A DNA stretch of 36,907 nt, taken from sequence record DRR723986_1799. One strand, 5' to 3'. The position numbers and the translations under genes are program-made. Position 1 is the first letter of the stretch. Every line of letters begins with the position of its first letter. The notes beneath the pieces are model-generated. The model searched no databases and was not told the DNA's origin. It was given only the letters and a program-made list of their open reading frames with translations. Below, in pieces: positions 7,843 to 15,826 of this stretch.

Positions 7843-10752
7843 ATGACATCCACTCCCATTTTTATTTCCTATGCTCGAGAGGATTCCGAGTGGGTGCAAA
7901 CCATCAGCGCAAGTCTGGCCGACAAAGGTATCCAAGCCTGGGTCGACACCAATGCACTTGACTACGCCAGCTTGTGGCAGGAGGAAATCGAAGATGCCAT
8001 TCTCAGGGCTCAACTTGTGGTTGTGTTGGTCACCCCTCATTTTCTGGAATCGGTGGCTTGCCGGTTTGAGGTAGAACGTGCCGAGCGTTTGCGTAAACGT
8101 CTGTTACCCGTTATAGACAGCCGGGTTGAAGAGCATCAGATTCCTGCGGCTTTAAACGCCTATCAATGGTTCAAGCTGGACCGCGACACTGACCGTACAA
8201 GCACTGTAGCGAGTTGGATAGAACGCAGCATGAAGCTCGATCCTGACTGGCTTAAACGTCATACCGACCTGACGAGCCGTGCGCAACAATGGGTTAACAA
8301 CAGCAAGGATCCCAGCCTGTTGCTTCGAGGAAAAGATTTGGCATCGGCCCAAGCCATGCTTGCGCAATCCAATCAGAAAGACAAACTGTTAGGCAGCGAT
8401 TTGATCGAGATGATCGCTGTGTCGGACCAAACCCAGTCGCGCCGTCGAATGACGCTGGCTGGCTTCCTGGGCGGCAGTGTGTTGGCTGTGATCACAGCGG
8501 CCTCATTTGCTTATGTGCAGCATGTTCAGGCCGAAGGGGAGGCCAAATCGGCACTACGCAATCGATTGAACCAACTGGCCATGGCCGGCGATTTGTCCGG
8601 CATGCTGGACACTGCCAAGGCCAACGCCGCGCGGCTCGCAGAAGACCCTATTGCCAGCTTGCAAGTTCGCCTGTTTCAGGCGGAATCCCTGTCAACCAAT
8701 CTCGAAATGAAAGCCTATGAGGTGGATTCACTGGAGGTGAAAGGCGATTGGGTAATGCTGCACAGTTTTTCATCAGGCGGACAGTTATTCAATCTTGACA
8801 AGTGGAATGAACCGCAAAGCACCGGCAATCTTTCTGAAGGCGACACTCACAGGGTCAGCCTATCGGATACAGGAAATCACCACGCAATCTGGACATCGAC
8901 ACAATACACAATCCGGTCCTCTTTAAAACCTGATCAAGGAACGCCGGTGATCGGAGTCAATGGGAACATTGAACACATCACATTGCTTGAACGTGCCGGA
9001 AAAATGGTGCTTCAGCAAGCCAACGGTTTTGCTGTGTATCCCTGGACACCAGGCCAGACAGCCCTGCCGCAAGCCATGTTGACAATGAGGGATGTACAGC
9101 TTCTGCGCGCCTTCTCGAATGGCGATCTACTTTATCGAAAACCGCCACAAACCGACGGACAGTACGAGGTTTGGATCAGCCGACAGGGCAATGACATGTT
9201 GCTGGGTCGGTTTAAAGGGCAACTGCGACAGGTGATGAAAAATCAGGATGAGGTGTTGGCCATGAGGGTAAAGCGAGAAGTTCATGGCTTTCAGTTAACT
9301 TCCGACAAAGGGCAATTCGATCCCTTGGGTAAAGTGTGGGTAGCCGATGAATCGGGTGTGGCCTTGTCCAACCATGGGCACAGCCTGGCTGTGGTCGACC
9401 CCAATAATGAAGCACGCGTGTTGTATTTCTCGCTCGAAGATGTGTTGGTGAGTGAAGGCAAGTCGCTTCGGCAAAACCCGGCGGCACTCAGGGACGATCT
9501 TCAGGAAAACCTGCAAGACTTGCGCAACGGTGCAATACAAATTGGTGAACTGCACCCGGTCTTTGACCAGGACGATAGCCGCCTGTTTGCTCCCGGCGAG
9601 TTCAATCGATCGCTGTCACCCATCAACGCCCAACTCATCGCCAGCATGGACTCCGAGCTGGGCACCGAGGGCGGCCTGTCTGACAACATTCTTCTTCTGG
9701 GTGATGGTGCTCAACACCTTCTGGGCCTGTCGCTGAATCATGGCGGCAACGGCACAGTCACCCTGCACCGCTTTTCAATTCCACAACGTTTGCAACAAGG
9801 CCGCACCAGTGCCATTGCCACCGCCCTTCGAGCAGACGATTCCGGTTTTCTTGCATTGCAACCCGGTGGGCAACTGGTGCAACAGGCCTGGATAGGCTCA
9901 CCCACCGCGCTTCAGCTTCCGGGGGTAGAAACCAGCAATACAACACTGGTGGCAGGCACCCTTTCAACTGCAGGTGATCGCGTTTGGGCAATCAACACAC
10001 AAGGTGAATTGCTGGCTTGGACCATTCAAGCGAACAAGGCCACGCTCAATTTCATACAGACCATTGACTTGGACGAGCTTGCAGAACTGAACCGCTTTCG
10101 CCCAATCAGTGTGTCACAGAGTGGTAAAAACCTGGTGCTGGTCAGCACACAAGGCTTGTTGCTTCTGGATGCCAACACAGGTAAAACCCGCTGCAAACTG
10201 GAACACATTGAGCAGTTTTATGATGGCATGGCCTATTTTTTGAATGAGCAAACCTTGATCAGTATCGATATGCTGTTCACCAATGGAACAGGTTGGGAGA
10301 ATCGGCGAATTCAAGCCTTTGATGTGGAGAAATGTTCACCCATCGAACATTTTGCCATGCAAGCCGAACTTCAGGACAACGATGGTTTTGAAACCGGTTT
10401 TGGCTTTGGCATTCAAACCGAACTGGGCGGTGCGCCATGGATCGCCGATCGCCGCTTCGGGGCCAAGTACAGAATTCGAGACATTCAAACCGGCAACACA
10501 TTGGGCGCTTTGTCGAATCACAGTGGGCGAGTTCTGGCTCTTCGATCTCACCCACAAGCAGACTTGCTTATCAGCAGCGACGAGCTAGGTTCCATCAATC
10601 TGTGGGAAACCAGCACGCTGCGCCGAATCAAAACGCTGGATGTACCACAATGCCAGGCCATCGACCTTGCGCTTAACAACACCGGCAGCCACCTGTTGGC
10701 ACGCTGTGCCAGCGGGCAAGCCATATGGTGGGCCATGGGCTCGCAATCATGA
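7843..10752 (+). CDS. TIR domain - single TM - WD40-like beta-propeller protein
   Basis: 969 aa. TIR motifs FISYAR.D, AWVD, W.EEIE.AI and S.ACRFE (catalytic-position E76); LLLRG.DL..A helical linker; RRR then hydrophobic aa 203-225; beta-rich C-terminus with a clear WD40 repeat LSNHSGRVLAL..HP..DLLISSD..GSINLWE. Confidence 0.85.
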   Translation: MTSTPIFISYAREDSEWVQTISASLADKGIQAWVDTNALDYASLWQEEIEDAILRAQLVVVLVTPHFLESVACRFEVERAERLRKRLLPVIDSRVEEHQIPAALNAYQWFKLDRDTDRTSTVASWIERSMKLDPDWLKRHTDLTSRAQQWVNNSKDPSLLLRGKDLASAQAMLAQSNQKDKLLGSDLIEMIAVSDQTQSRRRMTLAGFLGGSVLAVITAASFAYVQHVQAEGEAKSALRNRLNQLAMAGDLSGMLDTAKANAARLAEDPIASLQVRLFQAESLSTNLEMKAYEVDSLEVKGDWVMLHSFSSGGQLFNLDKWNEPQSTGNLSEGDTHRVSLSDTGNHHAIWTSTQYTIRSSLKPDQGTPVIGVNGNIEHITLLERAGKMVLQQANGFAVYPWTPGQTALPQAMLTMRDVQLLRAFSNGDLLYRKPPQTDGQYEVWISRQGNDMLLGRFKGQLRQVMKNQDEVLAMRVKREVHGFQLTSDKGQFDPLGKVWVADESGVALSNHGHSLAVVDPNNEARVLYFSLEDVLVSEGKSLRQNPAALRDDLQENLQDLRNGAIQIGELHPVFDQDDSRLFAPGEFNRSLSPINAQLIASMDSELGTEGGLSDNILLLGDGAQHLLGLSLNHGGNGTVTLHRFSIPQRLQQGRTSAIATALRADDSGFLALQPGGQLVQQAWIGSPTALQLPGVETSNTTLVAGTLSTAGDRVWAINTQGELLAWTIQANKATLNFIQTIDLDELAELNRFRPISVSQSGKNLVLVSTQGLLLLDANTGKTRCKLEHIEQFYDGMAYFLNEQTLISIDMLFTNGTGWENRRIQAFDVEKCSPIEHFAMQAELQDNDGFETGFGFGIQTELGGAPWIADRRFGAKYRIRDIQTGNTLGALSNHSGRVLALRSHPQADLLISSDELGSINLWETSTLRRIKTLDVPQCQAIDLALNNTGSHLLARCASGQAIWWAMGSQS

Positions 10753-12593
10753 ACCCTTTGGCACAAGAAGTAAAAAGCCTGATCGGCAAAGGCGAGTTCT
10801 TCAAGGCTTATGACATCGCGTTGCAAGCGCTGAACAGCGACCCCGACAACACGGTCCTGAAACACCGCGCATTGCTGGCGCTGGCCAATGCAGGAGCATA
10901 TCAGCTGGCACTTTCCCAATTCGAAAGCATGGGCCTGCATAGTAGCCGCGAGCTGGACGTGCAATGCCTGTTGGCTCGCCTGCACAAGGACATGGGATTT
11001 GCGCAAACAGGCAAGGCGGCCCAAGCCAGTTTTTCAACTGCATTTCAACTGTATGAGCGGGCCTGGCACACACACCGGCTTTCGCCGCTAGCCTACTACC
11101 CTGCCATCAACGCAGCCGCCTGCGCAGTGTTTTCAGGCGCCCCTGACCAGGCCATACACTGGGCAGGCATTGTATTGAATCAACTTCAAAGCCAGCACAC
11201 CACGCCATCTGACCGGGTGGAACAATACTGGGTTAACGCCACACACATCGAAGCTTTGCTGATTCAGGGGCAATTGACATCTGCGCGTGCATTGGTACCA
11301 CACACACTGTCACTCCTCGGTTCAGACCGAACCGCGCTGGCATCCACACTTCGACAGCTTCAACGCCTATGCATTTGTCTGGGGCATGATTTCAAAAGCC
11401 TTGGTTTTGCTGCACCTCCCACTGTCATTCACTACACCGGGCACTTGCTCAGCCCCACCGGGCGTTTTCCAGCCCATCAGGAAGCACGGGTGGCCACACA
11501 AATCCAAGCACTGCTCGAATTGCACAATGTGGGCGTTGGCTACGGTTCACTGGCCGGTGGCGCAGACATTCTGTTTGCAGAAAGTTTGCTCCAGCGCGGC
11601 GCCGATCTTCATGTGGTGCTGCCTTTTGAGCAAGAAGATTTCTTGAACGTGTCGGTAATGCGTTGTGGCTCACACTGGGCCGAGCGGTTCGAGCGCTGTT
11701 TGAGTGCTGCTCGCAGCGTTCGAATGGCAACCGACGACGCCTACTTGCAAGACGAACAACTGTTTACCTACTGCAGCCAAATTGCCATGGGCTTGGCCAT
11801 ACTGAACGCCCGGCATTTGAACACCACAGTGGCCCAAATTGGCGTGTGGGACGGGCACACCCACGACACCGATGTGGGCACCGAAGCCGACCTGCAACAA
11901 TGGCAATACACCGGTCTGCCGCAGTATCTTGTGAACAGTCAAAATGCCTCTTTCAGCCAAAGCTTTCCAGCCAGCCCGGCCGAAGCGTCCCCCACACGCA
12001 GCAACACCAAACAACACGGCCGCGAAAGCAAAGCCATGCTGTTTGCCGACGTGAAAGGTTTCAGCAAGCTGGGCGATGCCGCACTGCCTGCATTTGTAGA
12101 GCACATCATGGGGCGTTTGGCCCAAGTAACCGCCCAGCACAATCATCAACTGCACAGCATCAACACTTGGGGTGATGGCGTATTCGCTGTGTTCAACAAC
12201 GTGGCTGCCGCAGCCGAATGTGCCCTGGCCATGCAGGAAATCATGGCAGGAATTGATCGAATCGCTCTTGGATTACCCGAAGAATTGGCCTTGCGAATTG
12301 GTTTGCACCTGGGCCCAGTGTATTTAACCCTGGACCCCATCACCCTTCGCGAGACCGCCATTGGTGCACATGTCAGCCGTGCTGCGCGAATTGAACCGGT
12401 TACGCCGGAGGGCTGCGTGTACGTTACCGAAACCTTTGCCGCAGTTTTGGCCATTGGCAGCCACAATGAATTTGCCTGCGACTATGTGGGGCAAACCGAA
12501 GCAGCCAAAAACTATGGCCTGATGCGCATGTTTTTATTGAGAAGAACCGGGAACAGCAGTGCGACTACTGTGGTGCTGAATTTTGAGAGATAA
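10749..12593 (+). CDS. TPR-sensor (TRAF-binding/DUF4071-like), SLOG-like domain, class III nucleotide cyclase
   Basis: 614 aa from an ATG overlapping the upstream stop (ATGA). TPR-S motifs LARLHKD, YYPAINAA, YW..AT..EA.L, ST.RQL; SLOG-like YTGH...GSLAGGADILFAE...HVVLPF...WDG; cyclase LFADVKGFSKL, WGDG, LRIGLH.GP, G.HVSRAARIEP. Confidence 0.85.
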   Translation: MNPLAQEVKSLIGKGEFFKAYDIALQALNSDPDNTVLKHRALLALANAGAYQLALSQFESMGLHSSRELDVQCLLARLHKDMGFAQTGKAAQASFSTAFQLYERAWHTHRLSPLAYYPAINAAACAVFSGAPDQAIHWAGIVLNQLQSQHTTPSDRVEQYWVNATHIEALLIQGQLTSARALVPHTLSLLGSDRTALASTLRQLQRLCICLGHDFKSLGFAAPPTVIHYTGHLLSPTGRFPAHQEARVATQIQALLELHNVGVGYGSLAGGADILFAESLLQRGADLHVVLPFEQEDFLNVSVMRCGSHWAERFERCLSAARSVRMATDDAYLQDEQLFTYCSQIAMGLAILNARHLNTTVAQIGVWDGHTHDTDVGTEADLQQWQYTGLPQYLVNSQNASFSQSFPASPAEASPTRSNTKQHGRESKAMLFADVKGFSKLGDAALPAFVEHIMGRLAQVTAQHNHQLHSINTWGDGVFAVFNNVAAAAECALAMQEIMAGIDRIALGLPEELALRIGLHLGPVYLTLDPITLRETAIGAHVSRAARIEPVTPEGCVYVTETFAAVLAIGSHNEFACDYVGQTEAAKNYGLMRMFLLRRTGNSSATTVVLNFER

Positions 12594-12611
12594 ACACAAG
12601 GCTGCCAACCA

Positions 12612-13052
12612 ATGAATGCATTAATGAACAATACCTTCCGCGCACAATGCCAATGCGGCCAATTGATGGTTAACTTTACCCAAGCGCCAGTCGCACAGTT
12701 GGTGTGTCATTGTCGGGATTGCCAAACCGTGAGTGGCATGCCGTATGCGAAAGCCGCTTTTTTCAGAGCCGAAGAGCAATGCGCACAAGGCGAATTTCTG
12801 GCGGTTGACATGACAGGCGGCTCAGGCAAACCCAAGCAATACCGCCGATGCAGCCAGTGCAACGATTTTGTTTATGCCACAGTGGATGCGCTGACTGGCC
12901 TGTTGGGTGTGGCTGCAGACAAACTGGAGCCGCCCTTTGAGTTCAACCCCATGGCCCATGTGTGGACCAGCGAGAAGGCACCCGAGACGGAAATTCCTGC
13001 AGGTGTATTTCAGTTTCCCAAAGCACCACCGTTCAGGCCAGGCAAACAGTAA
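12612..13052 (+). CDS. GFA/CENP-V family Zn-binding protein
   Basis: CQCG, CHCRDC and CSQC motifs, P.AHVWTSEK; alternative start at 12624. Confidence 0.88.
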   Translation: MNALMNNTFRAQCQCGQLMVNFTQAPVAQLVCHCRDCQTVSGMPYAKAAFFRAEEQCAQGEFLAVDMTGGSGKPKQYRRCSQCNDFVYATVDALTGLLGVAADKLEPPFEFNPMAHVWTSEKAPETEIPAGVFQFPKAPPFRPGKQ

Positions 13053-13054
13053 AT

Positions 13055-13085
13055 AAAAAAGCCTCACATTGCTGTAGGCTTTTTT
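13055..13085. terminator. Bidirectional intrinsic terminator
   Basis: AAAAAAGCCTCACA-TTGC-TGTAGGCTTTTTT hairpin flanked by A and T tracts, between the GFA stop and the tRNA 3' duplicate. Confidence 0.8.
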
Positions 13086-13087
13086 GT

Positions 13088-13132
13088 ATTTGGCTCCCCG
13101 ACCTTGACTCGAACCAGGGACCTGCGGATTAA
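13088..13132 (-). repeat. att-type direct repeat: duplicated 3' half of tRNA-Asn
   Basis: Matches 15626-15670 at 44/45 positions (T13105 vs G15643); runs from the anticodon loop TTAA through CCA plus 3 flanking bases. Confidence 0.92.
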
Positions 13133-13221
13133 AAGGCTGAGACTAAAACGCCACAAATCAATAACTCGACACCCCGAAATTCTCGCAGTATCAATTTTTT
13201 TCCTCTGTAAGAAACCGCATG

Positions 13222-13390
13222 GACTGACTGCATCGACCATAAAACCGACGACTTGTGTTTCTTCACCCAACAGAGCTTCAAGAATGACTACACAGGTACG
13301 TCGATTGATTTCTGTTTCTTCCTGCCCCAACCGTGCGCTTAAATCCACCACGGGCACCACTGCTCCGCGCAGGTCGATCATCCTTTAATT
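13222..13390 (-). pseudogene. cheW: cheW internal fragment
   Basis: IDLRGAVVPVVDLSARLG....RRTCVVIL.......VGFMVDAVS is the CheW core. Both termini are missing and the upstream I-K-G codons are one base out of frame. Confidence 0.8.
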
Positions 13391-13493
13391 CACGGTGAAT
13401 CGCATGAACACTGATTCAGCGTGATTTGAAGAAGAAGAAAAGACACGCAGTAAACTGAATAAACAGCACTTTAGATATTTCTGCTTGTGAAAT

Positions 13494-13524
13494 AAAAAAG
13501 GTCTGTGCTTTCGGCACAGACCTT
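13494..13524 (-). terminator. Intrinsic terminator of the desaturase gene
   Basis: 11-bp stem AAGGTCTGTGC/GCACAGACCTT followed by a U tract on the minus strand. Confidence 0.8.
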
Positions 13525-13556
13525 GATTCAGATTGCTCCCCTACTGAAGCAAAAAA

Positions 13557-14444
13557 TCAATTAGTTGTCACTGGCTTGCGACTGAAAACTCCGACAATTG
13601 GGGTGCCCTGGGCTCGCAAAACAGGTTCTATTTCACGGTGAAGAGCGTGATAATGATAAAAAGGCACTCGCGGGAAAAGGTGATGAATGGAATGTAAGTT
13701 CTGACCCAACCACAGCCACTCGAGAGGCTTCATCCACCTGGGCATGATCAAACTGTTGGTATTTTGGTAACGTGCCGATTGTTCATAAGGATGATGTGGG
13801 CGGTAAGCAAACCAGTAAGCTGTAAAAAATGCACCGAGCAAGTAGCCCAATACAAGCAGCACTGCGACCTCTGAAGTACCCACCCAGACACCGTACAACA
13901 CTCGCCAAGCGACCATAAATATCACCTCAGTGACGTAAAGAATTTTGTCTTTCAGGCTGCTGGTTTTCCAATGGTCACGAAAAAGAAAAGTAACTTGCAC
14001 CCAAAGAAAATGAAAACCGCTCGCGATGAAGGAAAAAAAACCATGCCCCATATCACGGACTACATAATCCGGATCTTTGTCGGGTTGATTGGTGTAGCGA
14101 TGATGGGTGAAATGTTCAAGCTTGTGGGTTGAATAAGGCACAAAAATCAAGGACGCCGCCAGATAGCCACACAGACTATTCAGCCATTTCAAGGCGTCCC
14201 CATCCCCACCAATGTTGTTATGAACAGCCTCGTGCAAAGGCGTATACGACATGTAAGTGAGGGCTGCGTAAATTGGCATGGCCACCCAAAGCGAGAGACC
14301 ACCACTTGCGAACACAGCAAGCAAAACATACATTGAACACAACACGAACACCACCAAGACAACCGTTCCCCAAGCAGTTGCACCCGTGTATTTTTTCGAG
14401 GCCATGATGGCCTGCCTGTTCAACTGCTCCAAATCTGCCTGCAT
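13557..14444 (-). CDS. Membrane fatty acid desaturase / carotene hydroxylase-like protein
   Basis: Three His boxes HEAVH, HFTHH, HSIHH followed by LFPRVPFY; TM helices; GGAG RBS. Confidence 0.88.
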   Translation of the reverse strand: MQADLEQLNRQAIMASKKYTGATAWGTVVLVVFVLCSMYVLLAVFASGGLSLWVAMPIYAALTYMSYTPLHEAVHNNIGGDGDALKWLNSLCGYLAASLIFVPYSTHKLEHFTHHRYTNQPDKDPDYVVRDMGHGFFSFIASGFHFLWVQVTFLFRDHWKTSSLKDKILYVTEVIFMVAWRVLYGVWVGTSEVAVLLVLGYLLGAFFTAYWFAYRPHHPYEQSARYQNTNSLIMPRWMKPLEWLWLGQNLHSIHHLFPRVPFYHYHALHREIEPVLRAQGTPIVGVFSRKPVTTN

Positions 14445-14546
14445 GTGCCTATCTCCATTTGTTTCATTGTTGTGATACTTTCAATCTAATGTCGTGCCGA
14501 ACCTTCCAACAGGGCATTTCAGGTCTTTGGAACCTCATTTCTGGCC

Positions 14547-15572
14547 ATGAAAAATCATTTAATGCACCCAGCCACCATTGCTCAGGTGATGGTAAATTTC
14601 GCAAATCGATTGGGAATCGACGCTCAAGGCTGTTTGATGGGCTGCGGCATCTCTCTGGAAGACTTGTCACAACCAGACACGTGGCTGAGTCGAAGCCAGG
14701 AAATACAACTGATTGAAAATCTGCTCACTCACTTGCCTGACAAACCCGCGCTGGGATTTGAGTTGGGAATGCAATACAACCTGGCCACATTTGGAATATG
14801 GGGCTTTGCCATTCGCACTTGCCCAACTTTGGCAGACGCGATCAAACAAGCTTTGCGATACCTGCCGCTCAGCACAGCGTACTGTCGTTTCTCCACATTC
14901 CAGACCAGTGAAACACTCACCATCACGGCAGACCCGAGCGCCATTGAACCCCACTTACAACAATTCCTACTCGAACGGGATTTGGGCACAACATTGCAGC
15001 TACTCGGAGAGATGGGTCTGCATGGCATCCCTGTTAAAAGACTGGAATTCACAAACCTGCCAGAAAGTCACCTAGCCCGGATTGAGGAATTGACAGGAAT
15101 ACAGCCAAGCAGCGGGTGCCCAATGAATGCGATTGTGCTTGACAGGCGAATGACAGAATTGACGCTGCCAACCCACGATGCTCACATGCTTCGTGTGTTT
15201 GAAGATCAGTGCGCCAGACAACTTAAGATGCGACAAGTGGACGGTGTGGCGGGCCAAGTTCGTCAACTTTTGCTGGGTTCTCTTGGAATGACTTGTTGCC
15301 TCGAGGATGTCGCGTTGGCACTGGCGCTTTCCCCTCGCAGCTTGCGCCGAAAACTGAATGCTGAGGGTCATTCATTTCGCGATGTGCTCGAAACAGAACG
15401 CAAACAACTTGCCACACATTTGTTGTTGTCGCAGTCAATGACTCAAGATGAAATGGCCCTGCATCTGGGCTACAGCGACACTGCAAGCTTTACACGTGCC
15501 TTTCGTCGCTGGTATGGGTGCTCGCCCGGAGAATATCGGCGAAACCAGGCGAACTCGATCTTGACTGCATGA
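14547..15572 (+). CDS. AraC-family regulator (OruR/VirS-type N-terminal domain)
   Basis: LGFELG......FGIWGFA...CPTL and double HTH SPRSLRRKL...LGYSDTASFTRAFRRW.G.SP.EYR; divergent from the desaturase. Confidence 0.92.
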   Translation: MKNHLMHPATIAQVMVNFANRLGIDAQGCLMGCGISLEDLSQPDTWLSRSQEIQLIENLLTHLPDKPALGFELGMQYNLATFGIWGFAIRTCPTLADAIKQALRYLPLSTAYCRFSTFQTSETLTITADPSAIEPHLQQFLLERDLGTTLQLLGEMGLHGIPVKRLEFTNLPESHLARIEELTGIQPSSGCPMNAIVLDRRMTELTLPTHDAHMLRVFEDQCARQLKMRQVDGVAGQVRQLLLGSLGMTCCLEDVALALALSPRSLRRKLNAEGHSFRDVLETERKQLATHLLLSQSMTQDEMALHLGYSDTASFTRAFRRWYGCSPGEYRRNQANSILTA

Positions 15573-15584
15573 CGGGATAAAAAC

Positions 15585-15612
15585 AAAAAGGCCAACTCGT
15601 TAAAGTTGGCCT
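15585..15612 (-). terminator. Terminator downstream of tRNA-Asn (may also serve araC)
   Basis: AGGCCAACT-N6-AGTTGGCCT stem with a U tract on the minus strand. Confidence 0.75.
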
Positions 15613-15628
15613 ATATGCTTACTGAATT

Positions 15629-15704
15629 TGGCTCCCCGACCTGGACTCGAACCAGGGACCTGCGGATTAACAGTCCGTCGCTCTACCGACTGAGCTATCG
15701 GGGA
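15629..15704 (-). tRNA. tRNA-Asn (GTT)
   Basis: 76 nt TCCCCGATAGCTCAGTCGGTAGAGCGACGGACTGTTAATCCGCAGGTCCCTGGTTCGAGTCCAGGTCGGGGAGCCA, full cloverleaf with encoded CCA. Confidence 0.98.
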
Positions 15705-15714
15705 AAGAGCCGAG

Positions 15715-15742
15715 ATTATAGCAGCGAAATTTTTTTGTGCAA
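15715..15742 (-). promoter_or_regulatory. Sigma70 promoter of tRNA-Asn
   Basis: TTGCAC-N16-TATAAT on the minus strand, 10 bp upstream of the tRNA 5' end. Confidence 0.75.
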
Positions 15743-15826
15743 CCCTAAAGTCCGAAATTGGACAAATGAATTACAAAAACCCCGCTGCCTGCTTAAACCT
15801 TAGGCAACTTATTGATTAACCCCTGT

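Larger units (their letters stand above)
13088..15670. mobile_element. Decayed tRNA-Asn-integrated islet (~2.5 kb, no integrase)
   Basis: Bounded by the 45-bp repeats, 2538 bp apart; contains a cheW fragment, a desaturase and an AraC gene; visibly AT-richer intergenic DNA. Confidence 0.75.

Noticed and set aside
7843-12593. Labelling the TIR/cyclase pair as Pycsar, Thoeris, CBASS or Avs
   Set aside because: There is no cNMP-binding domain on the TIR protein, no SIR2/Macro effector, no CD-NTase and no STAND Walker A motif; only individual domains are shared.
13091-13132. Second tRNA-Asn gene
   Set aside because: Only the 3' 42 nt are present; there is no D-arm or 5' acceptor strand, and one T-stem pair is broken.
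13064-13381. 105-aa ORF as a functional CheW
   Set aside because: Similarity stops at VDAVS and the rest reads through the att repeat and terminator.
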